Shown: positions 1 to 23,732 of the stretch, in pieces | How positions within the stretch are numbered: the first letter of the stretch is position 1 | How the letters are laid out: each line of letters starts with the position of its first letter | DNA from: the human T2T-CHM13v2.0 reference genome, Homo sapiens | NCBI RefSeq assembly: GCF_009914755.1 | Contig: NC_060925.1 | Length of the DNA stretch: 64,000 nt | Reading direction: 5' to 3' (one strand) | The notes under the pieces: model-generated | Told to the model about the DNA's origin: nothing | Database searches by the model: none | What the model saw: the letters and a program-made list of their open reading frames with translations, nothing else | Program-made: the position numbers and the translations under genes

Positions 1-539
1 GTACTACAAATTAAACAATCTGATGTACTTGTTAATTTCATTACAAACAGCAGTTAGGATTTCATATACATATAGTCTGTACCATGCTATATATCAGAAA
101 TCTTTGTAAATATAAACTCCTTAAATATAGGGACCCAGTTTTATTCTTCAGCGAAAGGGAGTTAATCTTTTGGTGTTGTGCATTTAGAAGGATCTCGGAT
201 GTAAGAGGCTCATTAAATGATAGCTGTTAGTATTATTTATCTTGGTATCTTCCAAAGGGCTTTGCACATGGCTAACACTAAGAAATATTGGTTGAATGAA
301 TGAAGGTGCCATGCCCATACTGCGATATACACAGAGAAAAGACCAGGATGGGGACACTAGCACAGTGATTTCATTTCATCAGTGAAGCTTTGTGTGGAAG
401 TGTCCCTCCTGCAGCCCTTTTACCAGATGCAGGCTCCCTTGACCTTGGATTGTGGACCACTTAAAATTTTCAGGGGAAAAAGTGTGCCTAATTAGCTAGT
501 AGGGCCTAACCTCTTGTCAAGATGGAACTTGAGAAGTTT

Positions 540-1420
540 GTCTAAGTATGGAAAAGCTAAGCTCACTTGACACAGATCACGGGAAGAAAGATTTCTGCAT
601 GTTATTCAAGTTATTCACGTCAAAAGCGATTAGGGGGCCCCAGCTTCCATTACATCATTCATTAGGAAAATGTGTGCTGGGAGCTCTGCAAATCACATGA
701 TTTGATGGAGGCATTGAGACTGGGTTTCTTGTGTGTCTGCCCTTGGCCATATTCAGTTTTTAGTATGTTTGGAAAAGGCTGAAGCAGAACATGAAGATCT
801 AGTTTATTTTAATGCTGTCAGACAGCTAAATGGTGGAAACTTGTTGAAGAGATTTACTGAGCTGTTTCCTTAGATTGAAGACTTTAGAGAATTAATTAAC
901 AGGGTTCTGAGAGATACAACATGCCAGACCCCTACTGACTCTAAGAGTGTACTTTCTTACTGATATGATGTGATAGCTGAGCACAGTATATGTGAAACTG
1001 CTGGGGAGTAATACAAGAGCAGTGCTGATGTGTTCTAAGACATGCAGGTGTTCAGATGAGAACTGGCCATGACAACTGAGTCAGCCAGGCACTGGACTCA
1101 TTTCCTTTTGCTTAAGCACCATGAGCTCAGTAGAAGCACAGACTTTCACAAGGTGCTGAACTACTTGGTGAAAATGAAGTCACAATTTTGGAAGAGCTTC
1201 ACTGATTTTGATGTGTAGGTATTGTTTCACGTTTTAGCTGTTGCTTTTAGAATGCATGCCTTAAGATGGTTCTCAGTTATCATGCTATATCTATGCCACG
1301 CCATTTCTAGAGCAAGTAACTTAGCTGAAAGTGACTATACCTATAAGAAAACAAATATCCCTGTAGAGACATTTGTAGATGAATTGTGGAAGTACTCTAA
1401 AATTTTTGGCCAGATTTTGG
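540..1420 (+). mobile_element. Fossil hAT (Charlie/Buster-type) transposase coding remnant
   Basis: Manual translation gives ordered degenerate motifs KLSSLDTD, FHYIIH*ENVC (645-677), EHEDLVYFNAVRQLNGGNLLKRFTEL (787-864), FLTDMM**LSTVYVKLLG and KSFTDFD. Confidence 0.7.
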
Positions 1421-1618
1421 GGAATGTTTGAGTCTAGCTGGTACAGAAAGTACATTCTGTTTTATGAAAATAGCAACATTGAAGTGAAAAGATATCATTA
1501 ATGTATACATGTAGTCAGAAATTGAATGTGCCCTGGCTGATTGCAATTTATTTATTCACTTAATGCGTATTTATTGAGTACAAGGCCTTAGAGTTTCCTC
1601 AGTTCTTATAGTCTGTAA

Positions 1619-2247
1619 CAGTGCCATTCCATAGGAATGTAATGAGAGCCACATATATAATTTACAATTTTCTAGTAGCCACATTAAAAAATTAAAAAGA
1701 AACTGATAAAATTAATGTTAATATTAATATATTTTATTTCACCAAATATATCTAAAAATATATCTAAAATATTATCCTAATATGTAATTAATATACTTTT
1801 ATTGGTTTTTTTTTTTTTGTTTTTTTTTTTTTTTTGGGGACAGGGTCTCACTCTGTCACCCAGGCTGGAGTGCAGTGACACAATCATGGTTCATTGCAGC
1901 CTCAACCTTCTGGGCTCAGATGCTCCTCCCACCTCAGCCTCGTGAGTAGCTGAGACCACAGGCATTTGCCACCAGCTAATTTTTTGTATTTTTTTGTAGA
2001 GACAGGATTTCCCATGTTGCCCAGGCTGGTCTCCAACTCCTGGGCTCACGCGATCCACCCGCCTTGGTCTCCTGAAGTGCAGGGATTACAGGCATGAGCC
2101 ACTAGAAATTATTAACAAATTATTTTACATTCTTCGTTTTGAATTAAGTTTCTCGAATTTACTTACAGCAAATCTCACATTGCACTAGCCACATTTCAGG
2201 TACTAAAAAACTACATGTGATTAATGGTTACCATACTGGGCAGTCCA
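1619..2247 (+). mobile_element. MER33-like hAT element interrupted by an antisense AluJ (~1806-2103)
   Basis: GAGCCACATATATAATTT..TTTCTAGTAGCCACATTAAAAA and CTAGCCACATTTCAGGTAC match recalled MER33 consensus on both sides of the Alu. Confidence 0.75.
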
Positions 2248-3146
2248 TGTCTAGAGAGAAATACAGATGTGTAATTTGTAAACAGGTAAACAGATAATTT
2301 CTTTTCTTTTTCTATTTTTCTTTTTTTTTTGAGACAAATTCTCACTCTCCCAGGCCAGAGTGCAGAGGCTCAGTGCAGCCTCCACCCCCTGGGCTCAAGC
2401 GATCCTCCCAGCTAACCTCCCCAACTCCCCACCCCAGCAGCTGGGACTACAGGTGGGTACCACCATGTCCAACTAATTTTTATAGAGATAGGTTTTCATC
2501 ATGTTACCCAGACTAGATAATTTTAATTAAATGTAATAAAGGCTATGATGAGAAAAGTACACTCATCATACAATGAAAGCATAGAAAAGGGGCTTAGTTC
2601 CTCCAGTTTTTCCTCCTAAAATCTCATAATTCTCTCTGCTTCTCTGCATCCTGCCTGCCACGACTCTAATCTAAGCCAGATTATCTCTCTCCTAGACTTG
2701 CACAACAGCTTCCGAAATTGTCTACCTGCATCTATCCCTGCCCCTGTTTGCAGATAAAGTGAGCTTTTAAAAACGCCCATCAGATCATGTCATTCCTCTG
2801 TTTAAAACCTTAAATATATGATGAACACATTGGACAAGTGTGAGATGATGTACATAAAGCGCCCAGCCCAAAGGTTCTGCTCACTGAGTTTAGTTCTCCT
2901 CGTTTCTTCCTTTCACTCTCTTTTTTCTTCCTCTTACTTTCCTCCCCAGCTCCTTCCTCTTATCACCTATCAGTCTCTTATCATCTGAATTTCTTTTTTC
3001 TTTCTTCCTTCTCACTTGCTTTCCATTTTTTTCTTCCATCTTTACTTTCTCTCCTTTCTGCTTTAGTTTATTTTAATATAGAATTTAAATAGATTTAGAA
3101 ATTCATTCTTTAATTATTTACTTCTGAGTTCCAAGCTCTTCATTTA

Positions 3147-3772
<626 letters not shown>

Positions 3773-4929
3773 TCAAAAACAAACAAACAAACAAACAAAC
3801 AAACAAACAAAAAACTTGACCTTTTATCAGGATTAAATTAAGATGCTTTTTACTTCAGCATGGTCTTCAGTTAATTTTTTTTGTAGGTTGGAGAGCTTCT
3901 TTAGAAAAATGCATATAGTTTCCCAGAAGGAGGAAAGCAATCCCCTTCACATTTTATAGGGAGAAAATGGTGCAGTCACTTAGAAAGGGTCATGTGGTGG
4001 TGATTTGAAACAAGTCAGAAGAACCCAGGCTCTCGCCACAGCCCTTCCTCTCTTAGGCAAATTTCTGCCTCCTGGCAGTAGAGCAGTGAGGCAAGTTAAT
4101 TATTCAGTGTTTGTGGAGGTCAATAAATAAATGAAATACCTAATTAAATAAATTTTTGGAGTGCTGAGAGCAGGCAGTTTCCTTAACTTAACACATTTCC
4201 TTTGGAGGACCAGTTCTCTTCCTTGAAAGAACAGCCAATCTAGCCATATGGGCTGTTTCCTTCTAGTTCTGAGAAGGTGGATTTATGACCCTCTGTGTAC
4301 TCATCTTTCTGTTTCTGTCTCTGACATAGACAACTCTGCCAGGTGCCAGCACTCCTACCTCCACTGAAAGCAAGGAGACATCCTGAAATTACAGAAGGAA
4401 GAAAGGAAGTTACAATTCCAGAAGGACTTCTTGCTGCCAAGGCACAGTAGCACCAATACAAAACAAATGAGGGAGGATTTTAGCCTAGAAAATATGTCTC
4501 TGTGGAAAAAAGACCCCCCCCGCCCCCCCATCCCAGGTCTGGCCCAAAGGAGGGCCTCCCTCCGGTAAGGCTTGGGCGTTCACATTCAGAATCCACTAAC
4601 ATTTGTTGAGCAGATACTGCATACAAGACAGCTCCATATACATCTTCTTCTATACCATTTTAATCTAAGAGAAGCCTTCCAATGTTTTCCCAAATGAAGT
4701 CTTATCTTGAAATGAGACTCTGTAGACTTAAACCAACTACAGAAACACTTTAGTATTAAGGTGCCACCCACGCTGAAACATTTTTCCTAGCTTTGACCAT
4801 TGCTCTGTGAACATCCAGAGCCTGTTTACCACATTCCATTCCAACAGCTTGTTCTTAATCTCTCACTTCAGAGATTTACTGAGCTCTTTCTGAATAGAAT
4901 TACTCTTGTGAAAGAAACAGTAGCAGCAT

Positions 4930-9346
<4,417 letters not shown>

Positions 9347-10467
9347 GCTTAGGTTGCACACTCACAAGCACAGCATAATGTGTGAAATGGAAGAGAGAGG
9401 ACTAAGTGCCCAAGGGGAGGTTGAGCTGCAGGAGGTATATCCATGCTACTTTCATCCAGCCTGGAGAAGATTGCCAGCTGCTGGTATTAGTTACCGTCCA
9501 GAAGGCTTTGGCTGCAAAAGCCAGGAGGACAAATGTTGTCTGTATTTACTGTGCTCATTTCTCTCACATTCTGGCTTTTCTTTCTATCCTCCCCACCATG
9601 CCTTAGTTTACCATTTCCTACTTAAGCATCAAAGTAGCCTCATAACAGGGGACCCTACCGTTAACTTCACATCATCCACCTCCATGTAGCCTGTGACTCT
9701 CACCATGTTACTCTTCAATAGTTCCATATCACTTACAGGATTGAGTTAAACTTTTGTCATAGAAAGGCTGTAAGACCATTCACAATCTAGTCCCTTGCCA
9801 CCTCCTAGGCCTCGCCTCCCCACTGTGCCATTGGCATCCCATGCCCTAGTCTTGCAGACCTCCTCACCACCCCCTTAGCACTCCATGCACTGCCATGCTT
9901 CCTTGCTTTGGACTTGTGAGTCCTCACTGGATTTATTCCCACTAGTCTTTTAGCTCTCCATTTAATGTTTCTTCATTTGTGAAAGCTTTCTTGATTCTCC
10001 TTTGTTTGGTGAAGCACCCCTTCCTCCACAAGCATCATAATTGTTGGGTAAAGAATAGCTATCTCTAGGCTGGGCACAGTGGATCATGCCTGTAATCCCA
10101 GCACTTTGGGAGGCTAAGGCGGGAGGATCACTTGGGCCCAGGAGTTTGGGCCCATCTTGGCCTCCCAAAGTGCTGAGATTACAGGCATGAGCCACTGCGC
10201 CAGCCTTTCTCAAACCTTTTATTGTCAGGGGATAGACAAGAAAGAAAGTCTCTACTCTCCTGATAGTCTAAAAGTTGAAAACAATTCATTTATTACCTGA
10301 CAACTATTCACTGAGTATCAATTATTGGCCAGAAACCACATGACACACTTGAGATACACCAATAAAAAAACATGTCTTCAGGCTGGGCACGGTGGCTCAC
10401 TCCTGTAATCCTAGCACTTTGGGAGGCCAAGGCAGGCGGATTGTCTGAGCTCAGGAGTTCAAGGCTA

Positions 10468-10878
<411 letters not shown>

Positions 10879-12839
10879 TCACCATGTTGGTCAGGCTGGT
10901 CTTGAACTCCTGACCTCAAGTGATCCACCTGCCTCAGCCTCCCAAAGTGCTGGGATTACAAGCATGAGCCCCCGTGCCCAGCCAAATTTTCTGTTTTATG
11001 AAGCCAAACCAAATCCTAATTAATACAAGGGGAATATTAACAGAGTAACTCCATATTTTAGGTATTTTATACATATACTGCTTTTTATCTTCATGACAGT
11101 GCTACAAAAATTGGCCAGATTACACCTTGCTAGCTATGTGTCATTAGGTAAGTTACTTCACCTTTCTGTGCCTCTATTTCCCCATCTGTAAAATGAAGAC
11201 AATATAGCATCTCCTCTAGAACTGTGAAGATTGGACAAGTTCATGTAGGTAAAGTATTCAGAATTGTGTTTGCCACATGGTAAGTGCTCAGTGTTAGCCA
11301 TTATTGTATTTGCAATAACGCAATGATATTCAGAGGCCTATTATAGCTCAGAAAGCTTTAGTAATTTGTTTAAGTGGTGACATACTAAGTGGTAGGGCCA
11401 AGATTCAAACCTAGAGCCGTCTGACTTTTAAAACTGTGCATTTCCCCATTGTACCTGTGAAGGACTCAATGTGGGTCAACTGCAGGGTGGAGGGACTAGA
11501 GCTGGGATGGGTAAATGAAATACTGCCTTTTGCTCCTGTGTAACTCGGTGAGTCTTCCCAATGGAGGCGCTGAGGTCCATCTCGCCCTCTCATGGCCATA
11601 GGACTCACTGTGAGCTCCTGGCAATCAGTGAGGGAAGCCAGAGGGGAGCAAAGGGCTTGGCATGGCCCATCTATGGAAGAAAGATGGGGAATTCAAATAG
11701 AAAGGAGACAGCTAGCAAATTCAAGGGAACCATGCTTGGCTTAATGCCCAGCATCCTAATCGCAAGTCCATTCCCAGAGCTAGAAGTATCAGCCTCCCAT
11801 GAAAATGAAACCTAGAAAACTCCAGGCAGTTGATAAGACTTTTAAGTACATGATATGAGGCTCTCAAGAGAAGAAATGGGAATCCCCTCCCAAGGACCTC
11901 ATCATATAATTAATCCATTTAAGCAATCAAAAGGCAGAACTGTATATTCTTATTACATGCATGACTATGAGCATGATTCTAGAGTCAGACTGTCAGGGTG
12001 TGAATCCTGCTACTTACTGTATGACCTTGGGCAAGTTACTTAACATCTCTGCACTTTGATTTCCTCACTTAAAATGGAAATGATAATACTTCATAAGGTC
12101 ATTATGAAAATCAAATGAGGTAATATTTGTAAAGTAATTAAAATAGTAATAGTAAGTGCTAAAGTGCTTTTAAATAAATATATACAAAACAATTATAAAT
12201 TTACAGTTATAATTTATAAATAACATATAAGTGAAACATTCATCTTGTGGTTTAGCCTCATAAGAATTTATAATTGGAAAAAATTATAGAAAAAAAGAAA
12301 TCAAGAAGGGTTTCACTGAAGTAGTGAAACTGAGCAATTGGTAGGATTTGAGTAGCCACAGAGGTGTGGCCTAGATCTGGGGATCAACAGGCAAAAGTAT
12401 GGAGGCAGCAACTGGCATGGCTGGGGCCAGATAAGGTGGAGAGTGAGAAGGAATGCTAGCCAATAGGACTGGAATTGGAGAGTAGGGAGACATAGGTGGA
12501 GACCTGATTATGTAAGACTTTGAAAGTTAGATTTGCTGTAATAGGCAATGGAGAATTGTTGAGATTTTCCAGAGGGAAATGACATGATGAAAGGGAAGTT
12601 TTGGGTGGTCACAGTGGCTCACACTTGTAATCCCAGTACTTTGGAAGGCCGAAGCGAATGGATTGCTTGAGTCCAGGAGTTCAAGGCCAGCCTGGGCTAC
12701 ATGGCAAAATCCCATCTCTACAAAAAATACAAAAATTAGCCAGGTGTTTTGGCACGTGCCTGTAGTCCCAGCAAAATTTCTTTTGCTGCTCTCTGCATGT
12801 CTGTGGATGACCATGAAAGCACCTTGAGTATTCTTTTAT

Positions 12840-13023
12840 TTTTTTCCTTCCTTCCTTCCTTCCTTTCTCTCTCTCCTTCCTTCCTTCCTTTCTCTTTCCC
12901 TCCCTCCCTCCCTCCTTCCTCCCTTACCTCCCTCCCTCCCTCCTTCCCTCCCTCTTTTCTTTTCTTTTCTTTTCTTTCTTCCTTCCCTCCTTCCTTTCTT
13001 TCTTTTTTTTTTTTTTTTTTTTT
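12840..13023. repeat. Polypyrimidine (CCTT/CCCT/CTTT) tract expanded from an Alu tail
   Basis: About 180 nt almost purely C/T, abutting the poly-T of an antisense Alu. Confidence 0.9.
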
Positions 13024-13274
13024 GGGCAGGGTCTCACTTTGTCATCCAGGATGGAGTATAGTGGCGTGATCTTTGCTTACTGCAGCCTCAACCTTCCAGG
13101 CTCAAGTGATCCTCCTACCTCAGCCTCCTGAATAGCTGGGACTACAAATGCATGCCACCACACTTGGCTAATTTTTATATTTTTTGTAGAGACAGGATTT
13201 CACCACATTGCCCAGGCTGATCTCCAACTCCTGAGCTCAAGCAATCCACCTGCTTTGGCCTCCCAAAGTCCTAG

Positions 13275-13541
<267 letters not shown>

Positions 13542-13795
13542 TGATGATCTCGATCTCTTGACCTCGTGATCTGCCCACCTCAGCCTCCCAAAGTGCTGGG
13601 ATTACAGGTGTGAGCCACCGTGCCTGGCTGATAATTGTATTTCAAATAATAGTTACTGCATAGTTGCTCTCCAAAAAGTTTGTACTGATTTTTGCTCCTA
13701 TAAAGAATATTTGAGAGTGCCTATTTTCTCACAGGTGTCAACTCCAGGAATTTCCAAACCTTAAAAAATTTGCCAGTCTGATAGGCAAAAAATGA

Positions 13796-14230
<435 letters not shown>

Positions 14231-14745
14231 TAGGTTGTTTGTCTTTACTATTTCTTTTTTCATTTTTATTTTTGGAGACGGTCTTGCTCTGTTGCCCGGG
14301 CTGGAGTGCAGTGATGCAGTTATAGCTCACTGTAACCTCAAGTTCTGGGTTCAAGTGATCCTTCCAGTTCAGCCTTCCAAGTAGCTAGAACTACAGGTGC
14401 TCACCACTATGCCAGCTTATTAAAAGCATTTTATTTTGTAGAGACGGGGTCTCACTATGTTGCCCAGGCTGGTCTTGAGCTCCTTGACCTCCTGGAGCAT
14501 AGGGATTATAGATGTGAGCCACTACGCCTGGTCCTAATATTTCTTTACATAAATTAATGCAATTAGCCCTATGCTTATCATATGAGTTATAAATAATACC
14601 CACAATTTATGAATCTTTTGATTTTATTTGCAGCATTTTTTCCTATACAGAAATAAAGCTTTTAGGCCAGGCGTGTTGGCTCACGCCTGTAATCCCAGCA
14701 CTTTGGGAGGCTGAGGCAAGCAGATCACTTGAGGTCAGGAGTTCA

Positions 14746-15018
<273 letters not shown>

Positions 15019-15438
15019 TTAAATTTCAATCAACAGCCCTTAATGACAGCTTAGATATAGAGGACCTGGGAGAGGAAATCATCAAAAGGAACCCCAAGGT
15101 TTCTAGGGAATAATAGTAGTGTCCTTACAAGGCTTCTCCAGCAGGGATCCTCCCAGTGATAGGTCCTTCCTGGTGAGTTTAGGGAGCCAAAGTTTCAGAA
15201 TCAATAATTCATTACTGTTTATTGCTTATTTATTTATTTATTTATTTTTAGAGACAGGGTCTCACTATGTTGCCCAGCGTGGAGTGCAGTGGCTATTCAC
15301 AGTCATGCTAATAGCTCACTACAGCCTGGAACACTGGTGTTCGAGGGATGGTCCTGCCTCAGCTTCCCAAGTAGCTGGGACTACAGGAGTGGGCCATCAT
15401 GCCTGCAGGTTTTAATGAATGATTTAAGAATAGTTTCA

Positions 15439-16605
<1,167 letters not shown>

Positions 16606-16828
16606 TGTTTCCGCTTTTTATCATCGTCATCCCACGTCAATTCACTGACTAATGGGAGCAAAACTCTATCTGAGCTAACCATGCACAGTATACAGAATCA
16701 GCAAATATTAATAGTTAAGTGTAGATATGTGAAGTCTATGTGGCCACAGCTCCTGGCTCATATCTCTCAATGCCCCTGTTACAGTCTTTTTTTTTTTCTT
16801 TTTCTTTTTCTTTTTTTTTTTTTTTTGA

Positions 16829-16987
<159 letters not shown>

Positions 16988-17118
16988 TAGTAGAGACGGG
17001 GTTTCTCCATGTTGGTCAGGCTGGTCTTGAACTCCCGACCTCAGGTGATCCACCTGCCTTGGCCTCCCAAAGTGCTGGGATTACAGGCGTGAGCCACCGT
17101 GCCCGGCCTACAGTCTTT

Positions 17119-18068
17119 TGTTATAATGTTAGGACACTTTAGGATTCAGAGGCCGGCCTCAGAAAGCAGACTTTCTTGCTATCTGACTTTCTCCCGCTCT
17201 TATTTATTTATTCATTTATTTATGTTTTGAGATAATGTCTCACTCTGTTGCCCAGGTTGAAGTGCATTGGTGTAATCACTGCTCACTGCAGCCTTGATCT
17301 CCTGTACTCAATCAATCCTCCCACCTCAGGCTCCTGAGTAGCTGGGACTACAAGTGTGCACCACCATGTCCGGCTAATTTTTTATTTTTTGTAGAGACAC
17401 TCTCCCTATGTTGCCCAGGCTGGTCTTAAACTCATGAGCTCAAGCAATCCACCTGCTTCGGCCTTCCAAAGTGTGGGAATTACAGGCATGAGCCACCACA
17501 CCGGGCCTTCCTGTTCTCATTGCACCTGCCAGATGCAGGACTCTAATCTGATTGTGAGTCATAAGACCCTGATTGCAGAGAGGGTCCTACCCCGTAGCCT
17601 GGAGGAAGGAAGGCTGCATAGAGAGACCAAGAAGAATCTAACAGACATGCATCTCTCCATTCACATCCTCTGTCATATCCTTTCTAATAAGCTGGTAAAC
17701 GAAGTGTCTCCCTTAGTTCTGTGAGCTGCTCTAGCAAATGAATTGAGTCCAAAGAGGGGGCTGTAGGAGCCCCAACTTGAATCTGCTGGGTCAGAAATTC
17801 TGGAGTCTTGGGTTTTGACTGGTGTCTGAATGGGGTGGGTGGGGGCAGTTTTGGGGTTTGAGCCCTCAACCTGTGGCCTCTTGGTAGATGGTGTCAGAAT
17901 CGAATTAGAGGACACCCAGCTGGTGTCTGCTGCAGAACTGATTGCTTGTTTGCTGGTGGGGAGAAATCCTCCATATTTGGTCACAGGAGTCTTCTGTCTG
18001 TGTTGATTGTTACTGTTGAGTGAGATAACAGGAACAAACACTCTGAGTTTGTGTGTTTTCCCACACAC
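17119..18068 (+). mobile_element. MER21-family solo LTR (MER21A-like, MER4-like 5' part) with Alu insert ~17200-17507
   Basis: GTTCTGTGAGCTGCTCTAGCAAAT..GAGCCCTCAACCTGTGG..GGACACCCAGCTGGTGTCTGCTGCAGAA match recalled MER21; TG...CA ends. Confidence 0.72.
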
Positions 18069-18582
18069 AAGATCCCTATCTCCATTCTCCCTCCTGCTTC
18101 AGTCTTCCTTCTCTGAGGTTCTCAGACGCCCTCCCACCTCCTATATCCCCTCCAGTGTCCTGCACTTTCCTTCTTTGCCCTCTGACTTGAACCTAACAAT
18201 GGTAAGTTTTCTTTGAAGTCTGATGCTACTTTCTAGCCTTGCTTGCCAAAGGTTGAGATTACCCCCACCTATGGCCATAAACTTGTTTTGTATCTATTAA
18301 TTTATTTAAATTTCTTTCCTATTTAGGGTAGCTGGCAGGTATTATTAGTACCGAGTCTCCAGTGCAACTCTAAGCAAGAAGTTGCTCCTTCTAATACTGG
18401 GGACTGCAGGCCGGGCGTGGTGGCTCACGCCTGTAATCCCAACACTTTGGGAGGCCAAGGCGGGCAGATCACAAGGTCAGGAGAATGAGACCATCCTGCT
18501 AACACGGTGAAACCCCGTCTCTACTAAAAATACAAAAAATTAGCCAGGCGTGGTGGTGGGTGCCTGTAGTCCCAGCTACTCA

Positions 18583-18873
<291 letters not shown>

Positions 18874-19337
18874 TTAAAATGGAGATTTGAAAGTTGTCTG
18901 CTTTTGGAGGTGGCAGGAGAAAGCATGAGAGTGAATGAGCCACTGAAGGGGAAGAGTGGAGGGCAGAGGAAAGGAAAGAGCTTTTTCACAGCTATGGGGA
19001 ATAGCTGAGAAAGGAAAAAAGTACCCACAGGGACAGGGGAGGGCTAGAGCTGTAGAAAATAATAGAGCAGTGGTATAGAAATCCAAGGAGAAAAGAGTGT
19101 GAAAAAATAGGGAGCAGAAGCACAAGAGACATCCGGTAGAAGGAGGACTCAGAAAAGCCTTCAGTTTCCAAGCTCAACTGCAGGTGAGGGACAAGGGAAC
19201 TTGGAATTACTGCATATAAACTGCTTGAAGATGGTGAATAGAAAGGAAAGAAATATGGCCAGGTGCGGTGACTCACACCTGTAATTCCGGCACTTTGGGA
19301 GGCTGAGGCGGGCAGATCTCCTGAGGTCAGGAGTTCA

Positions 19338-19568
<231 letters not shown>

Positions 19569-20205
19569 CTACAAGTTACAAGTTGCAAAAGGGTTAGGAT
19601 AAGGATAAGATTCTTCTCTACACCTTTTTGAGGGCAGAAGGTAACTCAGATGTTACTTCCAGAAGGTGGAATTAAGATGTTGGCCTTTAGTTTCCTCACT
19701 CAGTAGGAAGTAAGCTCATGAAGGCAGGGATTGCTGCCTATTGTTGACTTCTGCTATATTCCAAGAGCCTAGAACAGTGCCTGGTACCTGGTAGGTGTTC
19801 GATAAATATTGCTGAATAATAGAGCTCAGGAATTAAGTCTAGACACTAGGAAGAGAGGCTGGCTGTAGAATAAGGATACACTGGGTGTGGTGGCTCATAC
19901 CTGTAATCCTAGCACTTTGGGAGGCCGAGGTGGGAAGATCACTTAAGGCCAGGAGTTCAGGATCAGCCTGAGCAACATAATGAGCCCCCATCTGTACCAA
20001 AAAAAAAACAAAAAAACTAAAAACATTTTTTATCTATATAATTTTCTTTTTTTTGAAATAGAGTCTCACTCTGTTGTGCAGTGGCACGATCTTGGCTCAC
20101 TGCAACCTCTGCCTCCGAGTTCAGGTGATTCTCCCACCTCAGCCTCCTGAGTAGCTGGGATTACAGGTGCACGCCACCATGTCCAGCTAATTTTTGTAGT
20201 TTTAG

Positions 20206-20387
<182 letters not shown>

Positions 20388-21951
20388 TGAGCTAGAGGTA
20401 AGGAAGAGACTTAGGCCTGCTAGCTCTGGGCTGAATGCTATGGTACCCAGTGAGTTTAGACTATTGGAGGGCAGGCCTGTTAGGGGACTGAGGTCAGAAA
20501 TCCCCTCCTGCTTCCATATAGGCAGCCAAGAGCTGGCCTGGGACACCAGCTGGGTGCTTTTCCCAGCCCTTTGCATTCCAGCCTGTATACAATGAAGAAA
20601 GAGTGACAGTGTGGTGACATGATTTAGGTTAATGAGCTACTGATCACCTGCCAAGTGGGTGGGAAGTTTTTTTTTTTTTCTGCCCACTTCTGTAGAAAAA
20701 ATTTTTTATGAATGACTCATCTTGTCTCATTACTCAGAGTACAAATTTGTGAGCTGGTAATAAGAGGTCAAAACCTAAGGAGAACATATCCACCCCCACT
20801 CTCCAACACCCAGTTTCTGGTAGATGGATATGCTCATTATCTTGATTGTGGTAAAAATTTCATGGATGCATACATATGTCAGAACTATCAAATTGCACAC
20901 TTTACATTTGTGCAGTTTACTGTTTGTCAGTTACACCTCAGTAGGGCTGTTTATGAAAAGGAAAAATCTTATATGTAAACTTTTTATAATCACAGAGTTT
21001 GGATACTTAATTTATTAACTTGCACATATAAATTTATCTAATTCATCTTTGCAGTCAAAGAGAAAGTCATTTCTAGAAAAAAAAAACTGAATAATCATTT
21101 TGGGGAAAACAAAGGACAGCCTAGGGAGACTAGATACAAAGAGTGTCATTGTAGAATTTCTAGCCACACACCAGAATAAACTAGCCTCTCCCACTCCTGA
21201 GGGGAGAAATGAGGAAAAAGTCTTTGCTTAGCTGGAGTGAGAATGTTGCATTCTTTTGTAAGCTTTTTGTAATTCTTTTTTTATCTAGTTGACTTTCTCC
21301 TTGAGACCAGCCTTTCCTTCTCCGCTTCAATCTACAGGAAATCCTCCCTCTCCTATAGAGAGAAAGACAACTTTCTCCTAGGGAAGCCAGTTGTTCTGCC
21401 ACTCTGCTGGCCCGAGGCTTCTATTTCTTAGTCCCCCTGATGTGCTACAAAACTTGAGAGACACAAATCTATCAAGTCTCTCAACTCCCTTATTCTAAAA
21501 TGATACAGGCACATGCCACCATGCCCGGCTACTTTTTGTACTTTTTGTAGAGATGGGGTCTCACTACGTTGCCCAGAATGGTCTTAAACTCCTGACCTTA
21601 AGCAATCCCTGCACCTTGACCTCCCAAGTTCTGGGATTACATGCATGAGCCACTGCACTCAGGCATAAATTTGTGTTTTTTAAGCCACTAAATTTGTGGT
21701 ACTTTGTTATAGCAGCCATAGAAACTAATACAAACGTTACCTGACACACAGTAGATAATCAATAAGCATTTGTTACTTGACCAACTTATATCTGGTACTT
21801 CAGCCAATAATAAAAATAATACTTCACGCCAGGAGCAGTGGCTCACGCCTGTAATCCCAGCACTTTGGGAGGCCAAGGCGGGTGGATCACGAGGTCAGGA
21901 GAAGCAGACCATCCTGGCTAACAGGGTGAAACCCCATATCTACTATAATTA

Positions 21952-22137
<186 letters not shown>

Positions 22138-22247
22138 CTAAAAACCTTCACAATAGCAAAATGTGTTTAAATTCTTAATCTCATTTTGTTGTCACACTTA
22201 TTAGCCTTACTTTATAGATAAGGAAATGGAAAATCAATTGCCCAAAG

Positions 22248-22249
<2 letters not shown>

Positions 22250-22298
<49 letters not shown>
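22250..22298. repeat. (AT)24 microsatellite at the tail of an antisense Alu
   Basis: Direct count. Confidence 0.95.
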
Positions 22299-22303
<5 letters not shown>

Positions 22304-22319
22304 TTTTTTTTTTTTTTGA

Positions 22320-22614
<295 letters not shown>

Positions 22615-22898
22615 TAAGAAGCAAAAAGTAGATTTAGAACTGACATCCTAGTTTTCTCTTTTAATGACATTGTGTCAACAATAAATGACATGTAAAAAAA
22701 ATCACTCACAATCCTTTGACTCTATTTAATAGATCAACCAGTTTTATTTTTCCATGTCTTCAAGGTCTCATCCATACAAATACACATTAAAAATATTTAT
22801 GCCAGGCCAGGTGCGGTGGCTCACGCCTGTAATCCCAGCACTTTGGGAGGCCAAGACGGGTGGATCACGAGGTCAGGAGATGGAGACCATCCTGGCTA

Positions 22899-23179
<281 letters not shown>

Positions 23180-23182
23180 TTA

Positions 23183-23492
<310 letters not shown>

Positions 23493-23543
23493 TCAGGAGA
23501 TCGAGACCATCCTGGCTAACACAGTGAAACGCCGTCTCTACTA

Positions 23544-23732
<189 letters not shown>

